Positions 18,053-27,093 of a stretch of 33,577 nucleotides of DNA are shown here, in pieces; position 1 is the stretch's first letter; the number at the start of each line of letters is the position of its first letter. The stretch comes from Syntrophomonadaceae bacterium. GTDB lineage: Bacteria; Bacillota; Syntrophomonadia; Syntrophomonadales; Syntrophomonadaceae. The translations under genes were made by a program, and so were the position numbers. Below the pieces are notes generated by a model. That model searched no databases. It was not told where the DNA came from and was given only the letters and a program-made list of their open reading frames with translations. The stretch covers positions 1 to 33,577 of the forward strand of contig DATMYR010000067.1 in the NCBI GenBank assembly GCA_035560815.1, written 5' to 3'.

Positions 18053-18089
18053 GAGGCGGCCTTAAAGGCCGCCTCCTTTTATAGCACAT
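18053..18089 (+). terminator. Rho-independent terminator (GAGGCGGCCT / AGGCCGCCTC palindrome, then CTTTTA)
   Basis: 10-bp perfect GC-rich stem with a 3-nt loop (TAA) followed by CTTTTATAG (4-nt U run), 30 nt after the stop at 18023. Confidence 0.75.
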
Positions 18090-18181
18090 AGGTGCAAAGA
18101 GCATCCAGAATTATTTATAAATATAGCGAACCTTTTTGTTCTTTGCTGTGTATACCAGTTAGCTATTGGTATGGAAGGAAG

Positions 18182-18730
18182 ATGATTTTGCAGTCCATTA
18201 CCCAGGAACAGGCCGAAGCGATATTCCGAGAATATTCAAGCTATGTTTATCGGGTTGCACTTTTTATATCTCGATCCAGCACCATGGCCGAGGATATCAC
18301 CCAGGAAACCTTCCTACAGGTGTTTCGCAAGTACGGCAGTTATGATGCCACCCGACCTATTGGACCATGGTTGTACAAGATTACTCTAAATATAACCCGC
18401 AACACCTTGCGTAAACAAAAGTGGCTGCAGCTGTTTATGGAAATCCCTGAACAGAAATCCACCCATTCGATTGAGGAGGAAGTACTGAAAAACCAGATAG
18501 ACCAGGAATTGTGGCAAGAAATTAATCACCTTACATTAAAAAGTCGTGAAGTAATCGTACTGCATTACTATTTGGGCTTAAAGCTCATTGAAATTGCCAA
18601 AGTCCTGGATATTCCTCTGGGAACCTGCAAATCCAGACTTCATACGGCAATGAATTCTCTGACCAAAAAACTCCGAGCCAACGATCATTTCATTTCTTAC
18701 CAGGGAGGGGATCAGCATGAAAAGCTATGA
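18182..18730 (+). CDS. ECF-subfamily RNA polymerase sigma-70 factor
   Basis: Region 2 (YVYRVALFISRSSTMAEDITQETFLQVFRK ... GPWLYKITLN) and region 4 (LTLKSREVIVLHYYLGLKLIEIAKVLDIPLGTCKSRL). ATG at 18182 after GGAAGGAAG. 3' end overlaps the next gene by 14 nt. Confidence 0.85.
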   Translation: MILQSITQEQAEAIFREYSSYVYRVALFISRSSTMAEDITQETFLQVFRKYGSYDATRPIGPWLYKITLNITRNTLRKQKWLQLFMEIPEQKSTHSIEEEVLKNQIDQELWQEINHLTLKSREVIVLHYYLGLKLIEIAKVLDIPLGTCKSRLHTAMNSLTKKLRANDHFISYQGGDQHEKL

Positions 18731-19700
18731 ATCCGAAATAGAAGCACTGCTGAATGATAAATTGAATGAATATGAGCCGTCAGTACAGTTCGGCCGGGTT
18801 TGGAGTGAATACCGTAAAAATTATATGAAGGAGTCTGCGATCAGGCGTCTTTTTAAAGCTCCCAGGATTGCAGTGGTGGTTCTGGCAGCTCTTCTCATTA
18901 TTGGTTTTGTCTTGAAACCGCGTGTAGATAAAATCGACTATCCTTTTGTAGATGACCCGAGAGTGATTGGCAGGTGGCAAACTGTAGATTGTGTCAAAAC
19001 CATCGATCAATTTGTCCCGGGACAAAAGGCCCTCCTGGATCAGTTGCCTGTCAATCAACTGGTTTTCGTAAAAGGCGGAAAAATGCTCATGCAAAATGAA
19101 GATACCAATGGCAGCTTGGTGCCCAGTGTTTCTACGTGGACCAAAGGATTGATGATATATATAGTAGATAAAACTGCCAGTCAATATGAGATCAGGGAAG
19201 TCAATGGCACTGCGTATATGTTTCTCGAATGGAAAACCGGGGATTATGTTTATTGGCATCGCAAGCCATCCTATTATGTCCTTGTGAAAATAGATGATCA
19301 TGACTACTCTGACTTCAAGGTTGATGTAAAAGAAGATAAAATTGACTATCCTTTTGAAGACGACCCCCAGTTGCCTGGAACATGGCAGGCTGTCGATGCA
19401 GTATCCAGCATGGATCAGTTCCAGCCTATGGATCAGCAATACCCGGGGGTGCTTTATTTGCAGCGGTTGGATATCAAAGAAAAGGGCAGCATCTCAGAGG
19501 TTACAACGAATGGGCAGAACCCGGAAGGCGATCTTACCTGGACCAGGGGCTTGATAATCTCTAAGCAAGAAAAGACGGCAAGCCATTACGAAATAAAAAA
19601 GTTCGGAAGAGACACTTACTTATTCTATGAGTGGAAAAGTGGAGATTACAAGACAAGGGGAATGAAGCCCAAATACTATGTATTAAAACGGATAACATAG
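18717..19700 (+). CDS. Putative anti-sigma factor: N-terminal cytoplasmic segment, one TM helix, two tandem copies of an uncharacterised roughly 125-aa domain
   Basis: Overlaps the sigma gene. Strong ribosome-binding site (CAGGGAGGGG). TM segment IAVVVLAALLIIGFVL. Repeats begin KIDYPFVDDP / KIDYPFEDDP and end YYVLVKI / YYVLKRI. Confidence 0.75.
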   Translation: MKSYESEIEALLNDKLNEYEPSVQFGRVWSEYRKNYMKESAIRRLFKAPRIAVVVLAALLIIGFVLKPRVDKIDYPFVDDPRVIGRWQTVDCVKTIDQFVPGQKALLDQLPVNQLVFVKGGKMLMQNEDTNGSLVPSVSTWTKGLMIYIVDKTASQYEIREVNGTAYMFLEWKTGDYVYWHRKPSYYVLVKIDDHDYSDFKVDVKEDKIDYPFEDDPQLPGTWQAVDAVSSMDQFQPMDQQYPGVLYLQRLDIKEKGSISEVTTNGQNPEGDLTWTRGLIISKQEKTASHYEIKKFGRDTYLFYEWKSGDYKTRGMKPKYYVLKRIT

Positions 19701-19724
19701 ATCTTGACGAACATGGATGATATG

Positions 19725-19760
19725 AACGGGGTTTCCTGGTGAGACTCCGTTTGTTATTTC
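19725..19760 (+). terminator. Rho-independent terminator (AACGGGG / ACTCCGTT, then TGTTATTTCTG)
   Basis: 7-bp stem including one G-U pair, 10-nt loop, U-rich tail, 25 nt after the stop at 19700. Confidence 0.55.
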
Positions 19761-19953
19761 TGAGAGGTGCAAATTAAACCGAGGGTCATGGATATTTTTT
19801 ATCTGTGGCTACGAACCTTTCCCAGACTTCCTGTGTATAACAGGTAAGTGATTTGGACGGGAGGGCAGATTACACCAGGCTTTTGGGCAAATGCCTATCT
19901 AGCACGAAGCTAGTTTGTATGTATTGGCTTTTTACGAAAGGGGACGATCTCAC

Positions 19954-20835
19954 ATGGAACAAAATGCACCACAAAAAAAACGGTTCACGCTAAAAAGAGT
20001 ACCCAAAATTCTCTTGTTGGTTCTTGCTGCACTGGTGGTCTTTGGTTTTGCTTATGGCCCTGTCATAGACAAAACAGACTATCCTTTTGTCAATGACCCG
20101 ACTGTTATCGGAAAATGGCAGGCGATTGATTTTGTGGAGAAACAGGATCAGTTTACCCCGGAACAAAAGTCCTTTGCCGGGGATCTATATCTTTCCTCAT
20201 TGGTCTTTATTAAGGATGGGCAGATGCTTTTCGCGGCCGATAACGGCAAACTGGGTCCCACTTCATTCACCTGGACCCAGGGCCTGGTGCTCTGTAAACA
20301 AGAGAAAACAGCTAGTAAATATGAGATCCAGGAAATCAATGGCGCTGCTTATATGTTCTTTGAATGGAAGAGCGGAGACTATACCTACCTGCACCGGGCG
20401 CCGCAGTATTACGTCTTAAAGAAAGTGGACAATGATGATTATTCCAACTACAAGCCCACCGCTACCCAGGACAAAATTGATTATCCATTTGTCGATGACC
20501 CCCAGCTGCTCGGTCAATGGCAGAGTGTTGATTTTGTGCCAACTGTTGCTACATTCGTTCCCGGCACTACCAGTTGGAGAGGCGAGCTGTTTCTGAAGCA
20601 AATTGATATCGCTGCACAGGGAGAAATAGCAGAGCTGACTTCTGAAAACCGAAATCCATATCAAGATCTTACCTGGACCAAAGGTTTGATTCTGGATAAA
20701 CAACAGAAAACAGCCAGTCAATATGAAATAAAGGAGTTAAAAGGAGACGCCTATTTGTTCTACCAATGGAAGAGCGGGGATTACATTTACAGGGGAATGG
20801 AACCTCAATATTATGTCTTGAAAAAAGTGAAGTAA
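19954..20835 (+). CDS. Membrane-anchored paralog of the anti-sigma extracytoplasmic region (two more copies of the same roughly 125-aa domain, no anti-sigma N-domain)
   Basis: Short N-terminus, TM helix ILLLVLAALVVFGFAY, then KTDYPFVNDP ... YYVLKKV and KIDYPFVDDP ... YYVLKKVK. ATG at 19954 after GAAAGGGGA. Confidence 0.75.
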   Translation: MEQNAPQKKRFTLKRVPKILLLVLAALVVFGFAYGPVIDKTDYPFVNDPTVIGKWQAIDFVEKQDQFTPEQKSFAGDLYLSSLVFIKDGQMLFAADNGKLGPTSFTWTQGLVLCKQEKTASKYEIQEINGAAYMFFEWKSGDYTYLHRAPQYYVLKKVDNDDYSNYKPTATQDKIDYPFVDDPQLLGQWQSVDFVPTVATFVPGTTSWRGELFLKQIDIAAQGEIAELTSENRNPYQDLTWTKGLILDKQQKTASQYEIKELKGDAYLFYQWKSGDYIYRGMEPQYYVLKKVK

Positions 20836-20866
20836 GACAGAGGCAAAACCTATCCTGGCACAGAGG

Positions 20867-20900
20867 ACGGGATCTCGTTGAATGAGATCCCGTTTTCGTC
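20867..20900 (+). terminator. Rho-independent terminator (ACGGGATCTC / GAGATCCCGT, then TTTCGTC)
   Basis: Perfect 10-bp stem, 7-nt loop, U tract, 32 nt after the stop at 20835. Confidence 0.7.
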
Positions 20901-20954
20901 GCAGGGCTTTTCATAATGACGATTCGCCGTTTTTAGAGAGCCGCTCGTTTTTAC

Positions 20955-21560
20955 CTATAAGTGATCGGGGAGATTTAGGACTAATTCTTCCAAGGTCTTG
21001 CTCCTGATTAAGGCTGCAGTGATCTTAGGATGTGGATTCCGATAGATAACGGGGTCCTCGCTTTCGCCCAATTCGTTCCTAACCGGGAAAGCTAGGATTT
21101 CCCTTTCAGTACAGAATTCCGCGTAAACCCCTTCCTTATTTCCTCTGGCATCCAGCCTGATCCAGCGGTTCAGACTTCTTAAAAATACAGCATTCAAACC
21201 GTGAATTACCAGGCGAGATGGGTCAAGATCATCGAGAACCAGTCTTTGATAACAAAACCCGGCCGGAATGCGCCAATAACGAAGTAAGGCAGCCAATAAG
21301 TGAGACTTGGCGTAACAAATTCCTTCTTGATAAAGCAGGACCTCGGAAGCCCTGCAGGTGACAATTACACCGCTGCCATCAAACGAATGTCTAATGGTAT
21401 CTCGAACCCATTCATAACAGGATCTAACCAGGGGAATCTCATGGCTACTATCTGCACCTATTTGCTGAGCGATTTTTTGAATGTTCGGTTCGAAGAAATC
21501 AATCATCTCTGAAGACTCCAGATACAGATCCAAATTCTCAATTTCGGGAAAGATAAGCAT
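20955..21560 (-). CDS. Transglutaminase-like (papain-fold Cys-His-Asp) domain protein
   Basis: GICYAKSHLLAALLR core typical of the transglutaminase-like superfamily. ATG with GAAGGAG ribosome-binding site on the minus strand. Confidence 0.7.
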   Translation of the reverse strand: MLIFPEIENLDLYLESSEMIDFFEPNIQKIAQQIGADSSHEIPLVRSCYEWVRDTIRHSFDGSGVIVTCRASEVLLYQEGICYAKSHLLAALLRYWRIPAGFCYQRLVLDDLDPSRLVIHGLNAVFLRSLNRWIRLDARGNKEGVYAEFCTEREILAFPVRNELGESEDPVIYRNPHPKITAALIRSKTLEELVLNLPDHL

Positions 21561-21708
21561 GAAAGCCAGCTCCTTCGCTGAAGCCCGTATGTTGATTGTA
21601 AAAACAATTCGTTATAAATCCATCTAATACCTGCTCTGCATGACCTTCCGATGATTGATTTAAGCAGCAGTATTCCATACAACTCTGACAGTATGGAGAC
21701 CGGGCATT

Positions 21709-22350
21709 CTAAAGGGCTTTCAGCAATGCTGTAACATAACGGTCAAATGCATCCTTATCCTGGAACAGTTGATTCCTCAAGGGAGTGCTTAATTCCAACT
21801 GCACACCCGCTCCTTCTCTATTGCGGTTGCAGATATTGTCCGGGTCTCTCCCCCCAAGGTTGCCGGGTGCCCTCACTACAGAAAATCCGGCCGATTCCAA
21901 TTGCTGTTTCACTTTCTGTCCCAGAGCATTGTCTCGGCCGCCTAAATTGGTCACAGCCTTTTGGGTACCGTAACACCCATGGATAGAAAGAGTTTGGTCA
22001 GATTGAGCGACCATGCTGCATGCGATGGGTTCATCAAAATGGGTGGAAGTAATATGCAGTGGTCTGGGTTTGAGCCCAACAAAGCTATAAAAATCATAGC
22101 CTCCCTGGCTGGCTACGGCCGAGGCCACCTCACTGGTTTCGCGTTCGATGGATCCGCCATGGATGGCGAGTATACTGGTGGACGAACCCCTATCCTGAGT
22201 GATGATTTGATAATCAACATTGGGAGTCTCCCGGGAATGAAGCTGTTCGAAGTTTTTGTATGTATCAGCCCGGGCTTGTTCATAGGAACCGAATGTGATG
22301 AATATAAGAATTAGAAAGGTAAATGAAAACAAGTACGAAATTTTCTTCAA
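21709..22350 (-). CDS. Poly-gamma-glutamate hydrolase family protein (PghP/YjqB-like zinc amidase) with signal peptide
   Basis: SILAIHGGSIE ... LHITSTHFDEP ... LSIHGC ... NLGGRDPDNICNRN ... GVQLELS matches the PghP/UPF0714 family. Hydrophobic N-terminal signal. TTG start after AAGGAGAG. Confidence 0.8.
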   Translation of the reverse strand: MKKISYLFSFTFLILIFITFGSYEQARADTYKNFEQLHSRETPNVDYQIITQDRGSSTSILAIHGGSIERETSEVASAVASQGGYDFYSFVGLKPRPLHITSTHFDEPIACSMVAQSDQTLSIHGCYGTQKAVTNLGGRDNALGQKVKQQLESAGFSVVRAPGNLGGRDPDNICNRNREGAGVQLELSTPLRNQLFQDKDAFDRYVTALLKAL

Positions 22351-22565
22351 TATCTCTCCTTCTTTCTGTCAATAACCGCGACTGGAGGACTTTCTATCAC
22401 CTCCAATAGGATAGATTCAACATGGTCGACCTGCGATACAGCATTCCTGCTCCCGAAGAAAAACGGTTGGGTATTTCCTTTATAGCCTATCGGCAGGGTG
22501 GTTGTCGAAAGTAAAGCCCGGTAATCCAGGGAGATGGTGGGGGACTGAAGAGAAAATGGCTTCAA
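22347..22565 (-). CDS. Hypothetical 72-aa ORF overlapping the PghP-like start by 4 nt (doubtful)
   Basis: Overlap pattern only. No ribosome-binding site and no motif recognised. Confidence 0.2.
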   Translation of the reverse strand: MKPFSLQSPTISLDYRALLSTTTLPIGYKGNTQPFFFGSRNAVSQVDHVESILLEVIESPPVAVIDRKKERY

Positions 22566-22972
22566 AGGAAACTGGTGCGATGGAGTTTGCTGGAAGGAAA
22601 ACCGGTTAGCAGAACTCAGGTTCGTGCAGGGAGCCCATAATCCGTAGGGATGCGGAGTAAAGACCTATTTGAACTAGATAAAGGAAATGGGCGTTTTGTG
22701 AAGAATTATTACGAAAAATGATATACAATGAAGAATAGAGAGGATATCACAACACCAGAGACTTTCCTTAAATTGACATTGTCGATGTTAAATATTACCT
22801 TTTACATAGGTTCACACGCCACAAAGTGGTTTAGAGTACGCGGATACTGTCCTCGGGCATGACGGTTTCTTTATGCTTCCATATGCTCCGAGGGAGGGTT
22901 TTCTTCTCTTTAAACCCGGTTGTCTGAGGGCTTGTTGGTTGCCATGAAATAAACACGATGGGGAGGTTTACC

Positions 22973-25207
22973 ATGGACTTATTTATTGGCATGTCGTTAA
23001 TCGCTCTGGGTATTTTTCTTCTATTCTTTTTAATCTGGCTGTCAAATTTCTTGGTAGTCATTGGGGGAACTCAAATCGGCATCGTTGAACGAAAGTATCT
23101 GGGCCGCCAGCTTCCCAGTGACCGGGTTATCGCCCAGAAGGGGGAAATAGGGGTTCAAGCTCGAACCCTCGGCCCTGGCATTCATGTTTTCTTCCCCTTT
23201 TTATTTTCAGTTACCAAACAGAGTTTTATCGTTATCCAGGAAGATAGCATCGGTTTGGTGGAAGCCATAGATGGACGACCACTTACTTCGGGGCATATCT
23301 TTGGCCGCTCAGTTGAAGGACACAATTTCTATCAAGATGCGGAAGCTTTCCTGCAAAATGGAGGGCAGAAGGGGCCGCAGAGTGACTATATCCCCCCCGG
23401 TACCTATCGCATCAACACCCGTCTTTTCAAGGTAACCCTGGTCAGTGCGATTAGCATTCCGGAAGAAGCCATTGGAATTGTAGAAGCAGCAGATGGTGTG
23501 CCGATTCCGGCGGGAAATATCTTTGCCCGTTCGGTGCCTGGCCACGGATTCTACCAGGATGCCGAAGCTTTTCTAGAGAACGGAGGGCAAAAAGGACCGC
23601 AGACCGATTATCTCCCACCTGGGACGTACCGTATCAATACCAAGTTCTTCAAGGTGACTTTGGAACCGGTTGTCAGTATTCCCCAGGGAAGTGTGGGCGT
23701 GGTAACAGCCACGGACGGATCGCCTATCGATCCGGGCCGCCTGTTGGCCCGCGCCGTGACCGGGCATAATAATTTCCAGGATGGGACTTCATTCCTCATT
23801 AATGGAGGACAGAAAGGTCCCCAGTTGGATATACTTTTACCCGGTAAATACCGGATTAATTCTCGCATGTTTCAGATGACGCAATACCCGGCCATTATGA
23901 TCAGCTCAGGGAGTGTGGGATTGGTTACCGCAAAGGATGGTGAACCCCTGCCGGCCAATGAGTTAATCGCCGAATCAGTGAGCGGTCACGAAGGCTACCA
24001 GAACGCCGCCGGTTTCCTGAACAATAAAGGGCAAAGAGGGCCGCAATTGGATGTGCTGCCTCCCGGGACCTATTATATCAACCCCTACATGTTTGCCGTC
24101 GATCTAGACGCAGCAGCAGTGGTCAACCAGGGAGAAGTAGCTGTGATTATATCCAACGTAGGCCAGCGGCCTCCCCAGAGTGCCGCGGTGGGGGAACCGA
24201 TATTGAGCGGGGACCGAATCGAGTCTTACGTAGTAGAAAAGGGATATAGAGGCATTCAATTGGAGGTAGTGGGACCGGGCACCTATTATATCAATAAGCG
24301 AGCTTATATTCCCATTATTGTCAAAACCACCAACACTACCATTGACTGGGATGATGAATCGCCGGAAGGCAGCTTCAATCCACTGAATGTAACTTCAAAA
24401 GATGGGTTTATCATTAAGGTGGGAGTCAAAGTAGTTATACGGGTGCAGCCCGAGCAGGCGCCTTATATGGTAGCCCGTATCGGCAGCATCGAAAACCTGG
24501 TCATGAACGTGATCCATCCCTTGATCGATAGCAGTTTCCGCAACCAGGCCTCCTCAACTGAGGCTATGAAGTTCTTACAGGATCGTCATGAGCAGCAGGA
24601 GAAAGCCCTGGAGAGAGTACGGAACGAACTGGAAAAGTATCATGTGGAAGTCTTAAGTGTTCTTATCTGCCAGATTCAGATTCCTGAGGCCTTGATGGAA
24701 ACCCAGACCAACAAGGTAATTGCCGCCCAGCAGCAGGATATGTATACCCAGCAGAGGGAAGCGGAAGTTAAGCGTATTGATATGGAGCGCACCCGGGCGC
24801 AGGCTAACAAGCAAGGGGAGATTGTCTCCGCCGAAGTGGGCGTCAAGGTGGCAGAGCAGGAAAAAATCAAGACGGTAACGATCGCTGAAGGAAACTCCAG
24901 CCGGGTGAAACTGGAAGGCCAGGGCGAGGCGGAGAAGATTCTGGCCATTGGCAAATCCACTGCTGAAGCCTATGAATTAACCCGTGCCGCCATCGGGCCG
25001 GAAAGCGTAGCTTTCATCGAATTGATGAAATTGATATCTGGCGGGAACGTTAAAATTACTCCGGATATCGTAGCCGGGGGCGATTCTGGCTCCCTGCTTA
25101 ACATTATGCTGGCTCGCATGTTAGCTCGAAACAGTGTTCCAGTCTTAGGACAGGCAGAAACTGCTGCTACCAATGGGGCTGCCACCGGAAGCGGCGAAAA
25201 GGGATGA
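22973..25207 (+). CDS. SPFH/band-7 (flotillin-like) membrane protein with five inserted tandem repeats of about 80 aa and a Glu/Ala/Gln/Lys-rich coiled-coil tail
   Basis: N-terminal TM helix. SPFH start (VVIGGTQIGIVERKYLG ... LGPGIHVFFPF). Repeats IGLVEAIDGRP ... GGQKGPQSDYIPPGTYRIN occur five times. SPFH C-lobe and flotillin-like EA-rich C-terminus. ATG at 22973 after GGGGAGG. Alternative ATG at 22958. Confidence 0.85.
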   Translation: MDLFIGMSLIALGIFLLFFLIWLSNFLVVIGGTQIGIVERKYLGRQLPSDRVIAQKGEIGVQARTLGPGIHVFFPFLFSVTKQSFIVIQEDSIGLVEAIDGRPLTSGHIFGRSVEGHNFYQDAEAFLQNGGQKGPQSDYIPPGTYRINTRLFKVTLVSAISIPEEAIGIVEAADGVPIPAGNIFARSVPGHGFYQDAEAFLENGGQKGPQTDYLPPGTYRINTKFFKVTLEPVVSIPQGSVGVVTATDGSPIDPGRLLARAVTGHNNFQDGTSFLINGGQKGPQLDILLPGKYRINSRMFQMTQYPAIMISSGSVGLVTAKDGEPLPANELIAESVSGHEGYQNAAGFLNNKGQRGPQLDVLPPGTYYINPYMFAVDLDAAAVVNQGEVAVIISNVGQRPPQSAAVGEPILSGDRIESYVVEKGYRGIQLEVVGPGTYYINKRAYIPIIVKTTNTTIDWDDESPEGSFNPLNVTSKDGFIIKVGVKVVIRVQPEQAPYMVARIGSIENLVMNVIHPLIDSSFRNQASSTEAMKFLQDRHEQQEKALERVRNELEKYHVEVLSVLICQIQIPEALMETQTNKVIAAQQQDMYTQQREAEVKRIDMERTRAQANKQGEIVSAEVGVKVAEQEKIKTVTIAEGNSSRVKLEGQGEAEKILAIGKSTAEAYELTRAAIGPESVAFIELMKLISGGNVKITPDIVAGGDSGSLLNIMLARMLARNSVPVLGQAETAATNGAATGSGEKG
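23240..24430 (+). repeat. Five in-frame tandem repeats of about 240 bp inside the flotillin-like gene
   Basis: Recurring DNA and protein units (e.g. TTCTACCAGGATGCCGAAGCTTTTCT / GGAGGGCAGAAAGGGCCGCAG and FYQDAEAFL.NGGQKGPQ). Units 1-2 are nearly identical, 3-5 progressively diverged. Confidence 0.8.
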
Positions 25208-25326
25208 GAAAACGCTTGCGGTTCACGGTAATGAAGGGGAATCAGTCTCGAATAGTAGGCACCGTGCATCCTTAAACGAATAAATAGTAAATATTTGATA
25301 GAAATACTGAACCCCCGGAGGTGCAT

Positions 25327-26268
25327 GTGCTAAAAGAGAGAATTTTAGGGGGATTATTGGGTGTAGCTGTAGGCGACGCACTGGGTTTGCCGGTGCAGTT
25401 TAACAGCCGCAAAGCAATGGAACAACGACCTGTAACGAATATGGAGGGTTGGGGTGTTTTCAACCTGCCACCGGGGGCCTGGAGTGATGACACCTCCTTG
25501 ACCTTTTGCCTGGCGGAAAGCCTCGCGGAAAAAGGCCTCGATATCGAGGATACAGGTCAGCGTTTCCTGCGCTGGTACACAGAGGGCTACTGCACCCCTA
25601 CAGGAGTTTCCTTTGATATCGGGAAGAGCACCAGGCAGGCTATGGAGCGCATCCGTACAGGATGCCCGGCAGCGGTAGCGGGAGGCACAGGGGAAAGAGA
25701 CAACGGCAATGGTTCACTCATGCGTATTCTGCCTGCCGCTCTCTATTTTCATCGGGATCGTCAACCAGATCTGGCTGCAAAAATATGGGCATTCTCCTCC
25801 ATAACCCACGCGCATCCCCGGGCCTGCTCGGCCTGTTACCTATATGCTCTCCTGGCGAAAGAGCTTCTTCAGAGTTCCAGCGCAGCGCAAGCCTATATGA
25901 AAATATGCAGTATGGAGTTGTCTCCCGGCTTGGATCCTGGTGAGCGCGATCACTTTCAACGACTGCTTGGAGGAAGCTTGCATTTGCTGCCCAGGGATGA
26001 AATTGAATCAGACGGTTATGTTGTTCATACCCTGGAAGCTGCCCTATGGTCCCTATTAAATCAAAGGAATTTTGCTGATACCGTATTGGAAGCCGTTAAT
26101 TTAGGTGATGATACAGACACTACAGCAGCTGTGGCTGCAGGCCTGGCTGGGCTGTATTATGGTCTGAAAGGAATTCCCCTGAAATGGCAACAGGCACTGA
26201 TTGGCTACGATATTCTTCTGAGAGTGGCCGATCTCTTCGCAGAAAAGATTAAAAAGAACTTTGAATAG
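25327..26268 (+). CDS. ADP-ribosylglycohydrolase family protein (ARH/DraG-like)
   Basis: ILGGLLGVAVGDALGLPVQF ... SDDTSLTFCLAESL ... DTDTTAAVAAGLAG are hallmark ARH motifs. GTG start at 25327 after CCGGAGG. Alternative GTG at 25321. Confidence 0.85.
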   Translation: MLKERILGGLLGVAVGDALGLPVQFNSRKAMEQRPVTNMEGWGVFNLPPGAWSDDTSLTFCLAESLAEKGLDIEDTGQRFLRWYTEGYCTPTGVSFDIGKSTRQAMERIRTGCPAAVAGGTGERDNGNGSLMRILPAALYFHRDRQPDLAAKIWAFSSITHAHPRACSACYLYALLAKELLQSSSAAQAYMKICSMELSPGLDPGERDHFQRLLGGSLHLLPRDEIESDGYVVHTLEAALWSLLNQRNFADTVLEAVNLGDDTDTTAAVAAGLAGLYYGLKGIPLKWQQALIGYDILLRVADLFAEKIKKNFE

Positions 26269-26311
26269 GAGGCTGATGACGCCATCCTGTCAGCAAATAA
26301 TATTTTCCCCT

Positions 26312-26345
26312 GAAAGGCCGTGGAATTCCATGGCCTTTCCTGATT
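26312..26345 (+). terminator. Hairpin (AAAGGCCGTGG / CCATGGCCTTT) after the ARH gene, possible terminator
   Basis: 11-bp stem with one mismatch and a 4-nt loop. Weak U tract (TCCTGATTC). Confidence 0.35.
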
Positions 26346-26487
26346 CATGAAACCGGAAAGTTGGGTTGGGGTTTTAGACAAATAGGAATAAATCATACAG
26401 GGTAAAGGGATCCTGGCTCATCCAGCGAAATTCTATCTATAAAGAACAATCCTCATACAAGAGGTCAAAGACAAGGAGCGGACGGAG

Positions 26488-27093
26488 TTGGGTGTAGAGG
26501 AAATCGCTGCGGAAGACAGGAGTGGCATCTTCGTAACGGGAGCTATTGTAGATGTCGAAACAACTGGTTTCAGCCCTGAGTATGACGAAATCATTGAGAT
26601 CTGTATCATCCTTTTTGTTTTTAATAGAGAAACCGGAGTGGTTAGCCAGATCATTGAAGAGTATGTAGGGCTGCGTGAGCCGGCTTGTGGAATACGACCC
26701 GGGGCTGCCCGGGTTAATGGCATTACCGTGGCCGATGTCCAGGGAAGGGATCTTGACTACGCTAAAGTGTCGGCAATCCTTGAGCAAGCTGAATTCCTTA
26801 TCGCTCATAATGCTTCCTTTGATCGCGGTTTCCTGGTTCGCCTTTTTCCCCAGGTTGCCATCAAATCCTGGTTTTGCTCGATGTCGGGGATTAACTGGCG
26901 GGGTAAGGGGTTTCCCAACCGCCGTCTTCAGGACCTATTATCCTGCCATGATATCAGGCCAGGAAGGGCTCACCGGGCTCGGGACGATGTGCGAGCCACC
27001 CTGGAACTCCTGTCTTTCAGCCAGGAATGGGGGGCGACCTACCTGTCTGAACTGCTGATAGGGCGGAGGATGAAGGCCAACAAACGGAGGTGA
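26488..27093 (+). CDS. DnaQ-like (DEDDh) 3'-5' exonuclease
   Basis: Exo I VDVETTG, Exo II IAHNASFDRGFL, Exo III HRARDDV. TTG start 9 nt after AAGGAG. Confidence 0.75.
   Translation: MGVEEIAAEDRSGIFVTGAIVDVETTGFSPEYDEIIEICIILFVFNRETGVVSQIIEEYVGLREPACGIRPGAARVNGITVADVQGRDLDYAKVSAILEQAEFLIAHNASFDRGFLVRLFPQVAIKSWFCSMSGINWRGKGFPNRRLQDLLSCHDIRPGRAHRARDDVRATLELLSFSQEWGATYLSELLIGRRMKANKRR

Noticed and set aside
18121-18180. Possible autoregulated ECF promoter (GAACC ... 16 nt ... GTAT) upstream of the sigma factor gene
   Set aside because: It does not match the usual GGAAC-N16-CGTC consensus closely enough to call without the sigma factor's group assignment.
22566-22972. Candidate TTGACA / TAAATA promoter (about 22775-22800) and the leader hairpin with U tract (about 22845-22920) upstream of the flotillin gene
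   Set aside because: Spacing and -10 quality are ambiguous and the hairpin has a bulge. It is mentioned under the flotillin finding but not annotated as a feature.
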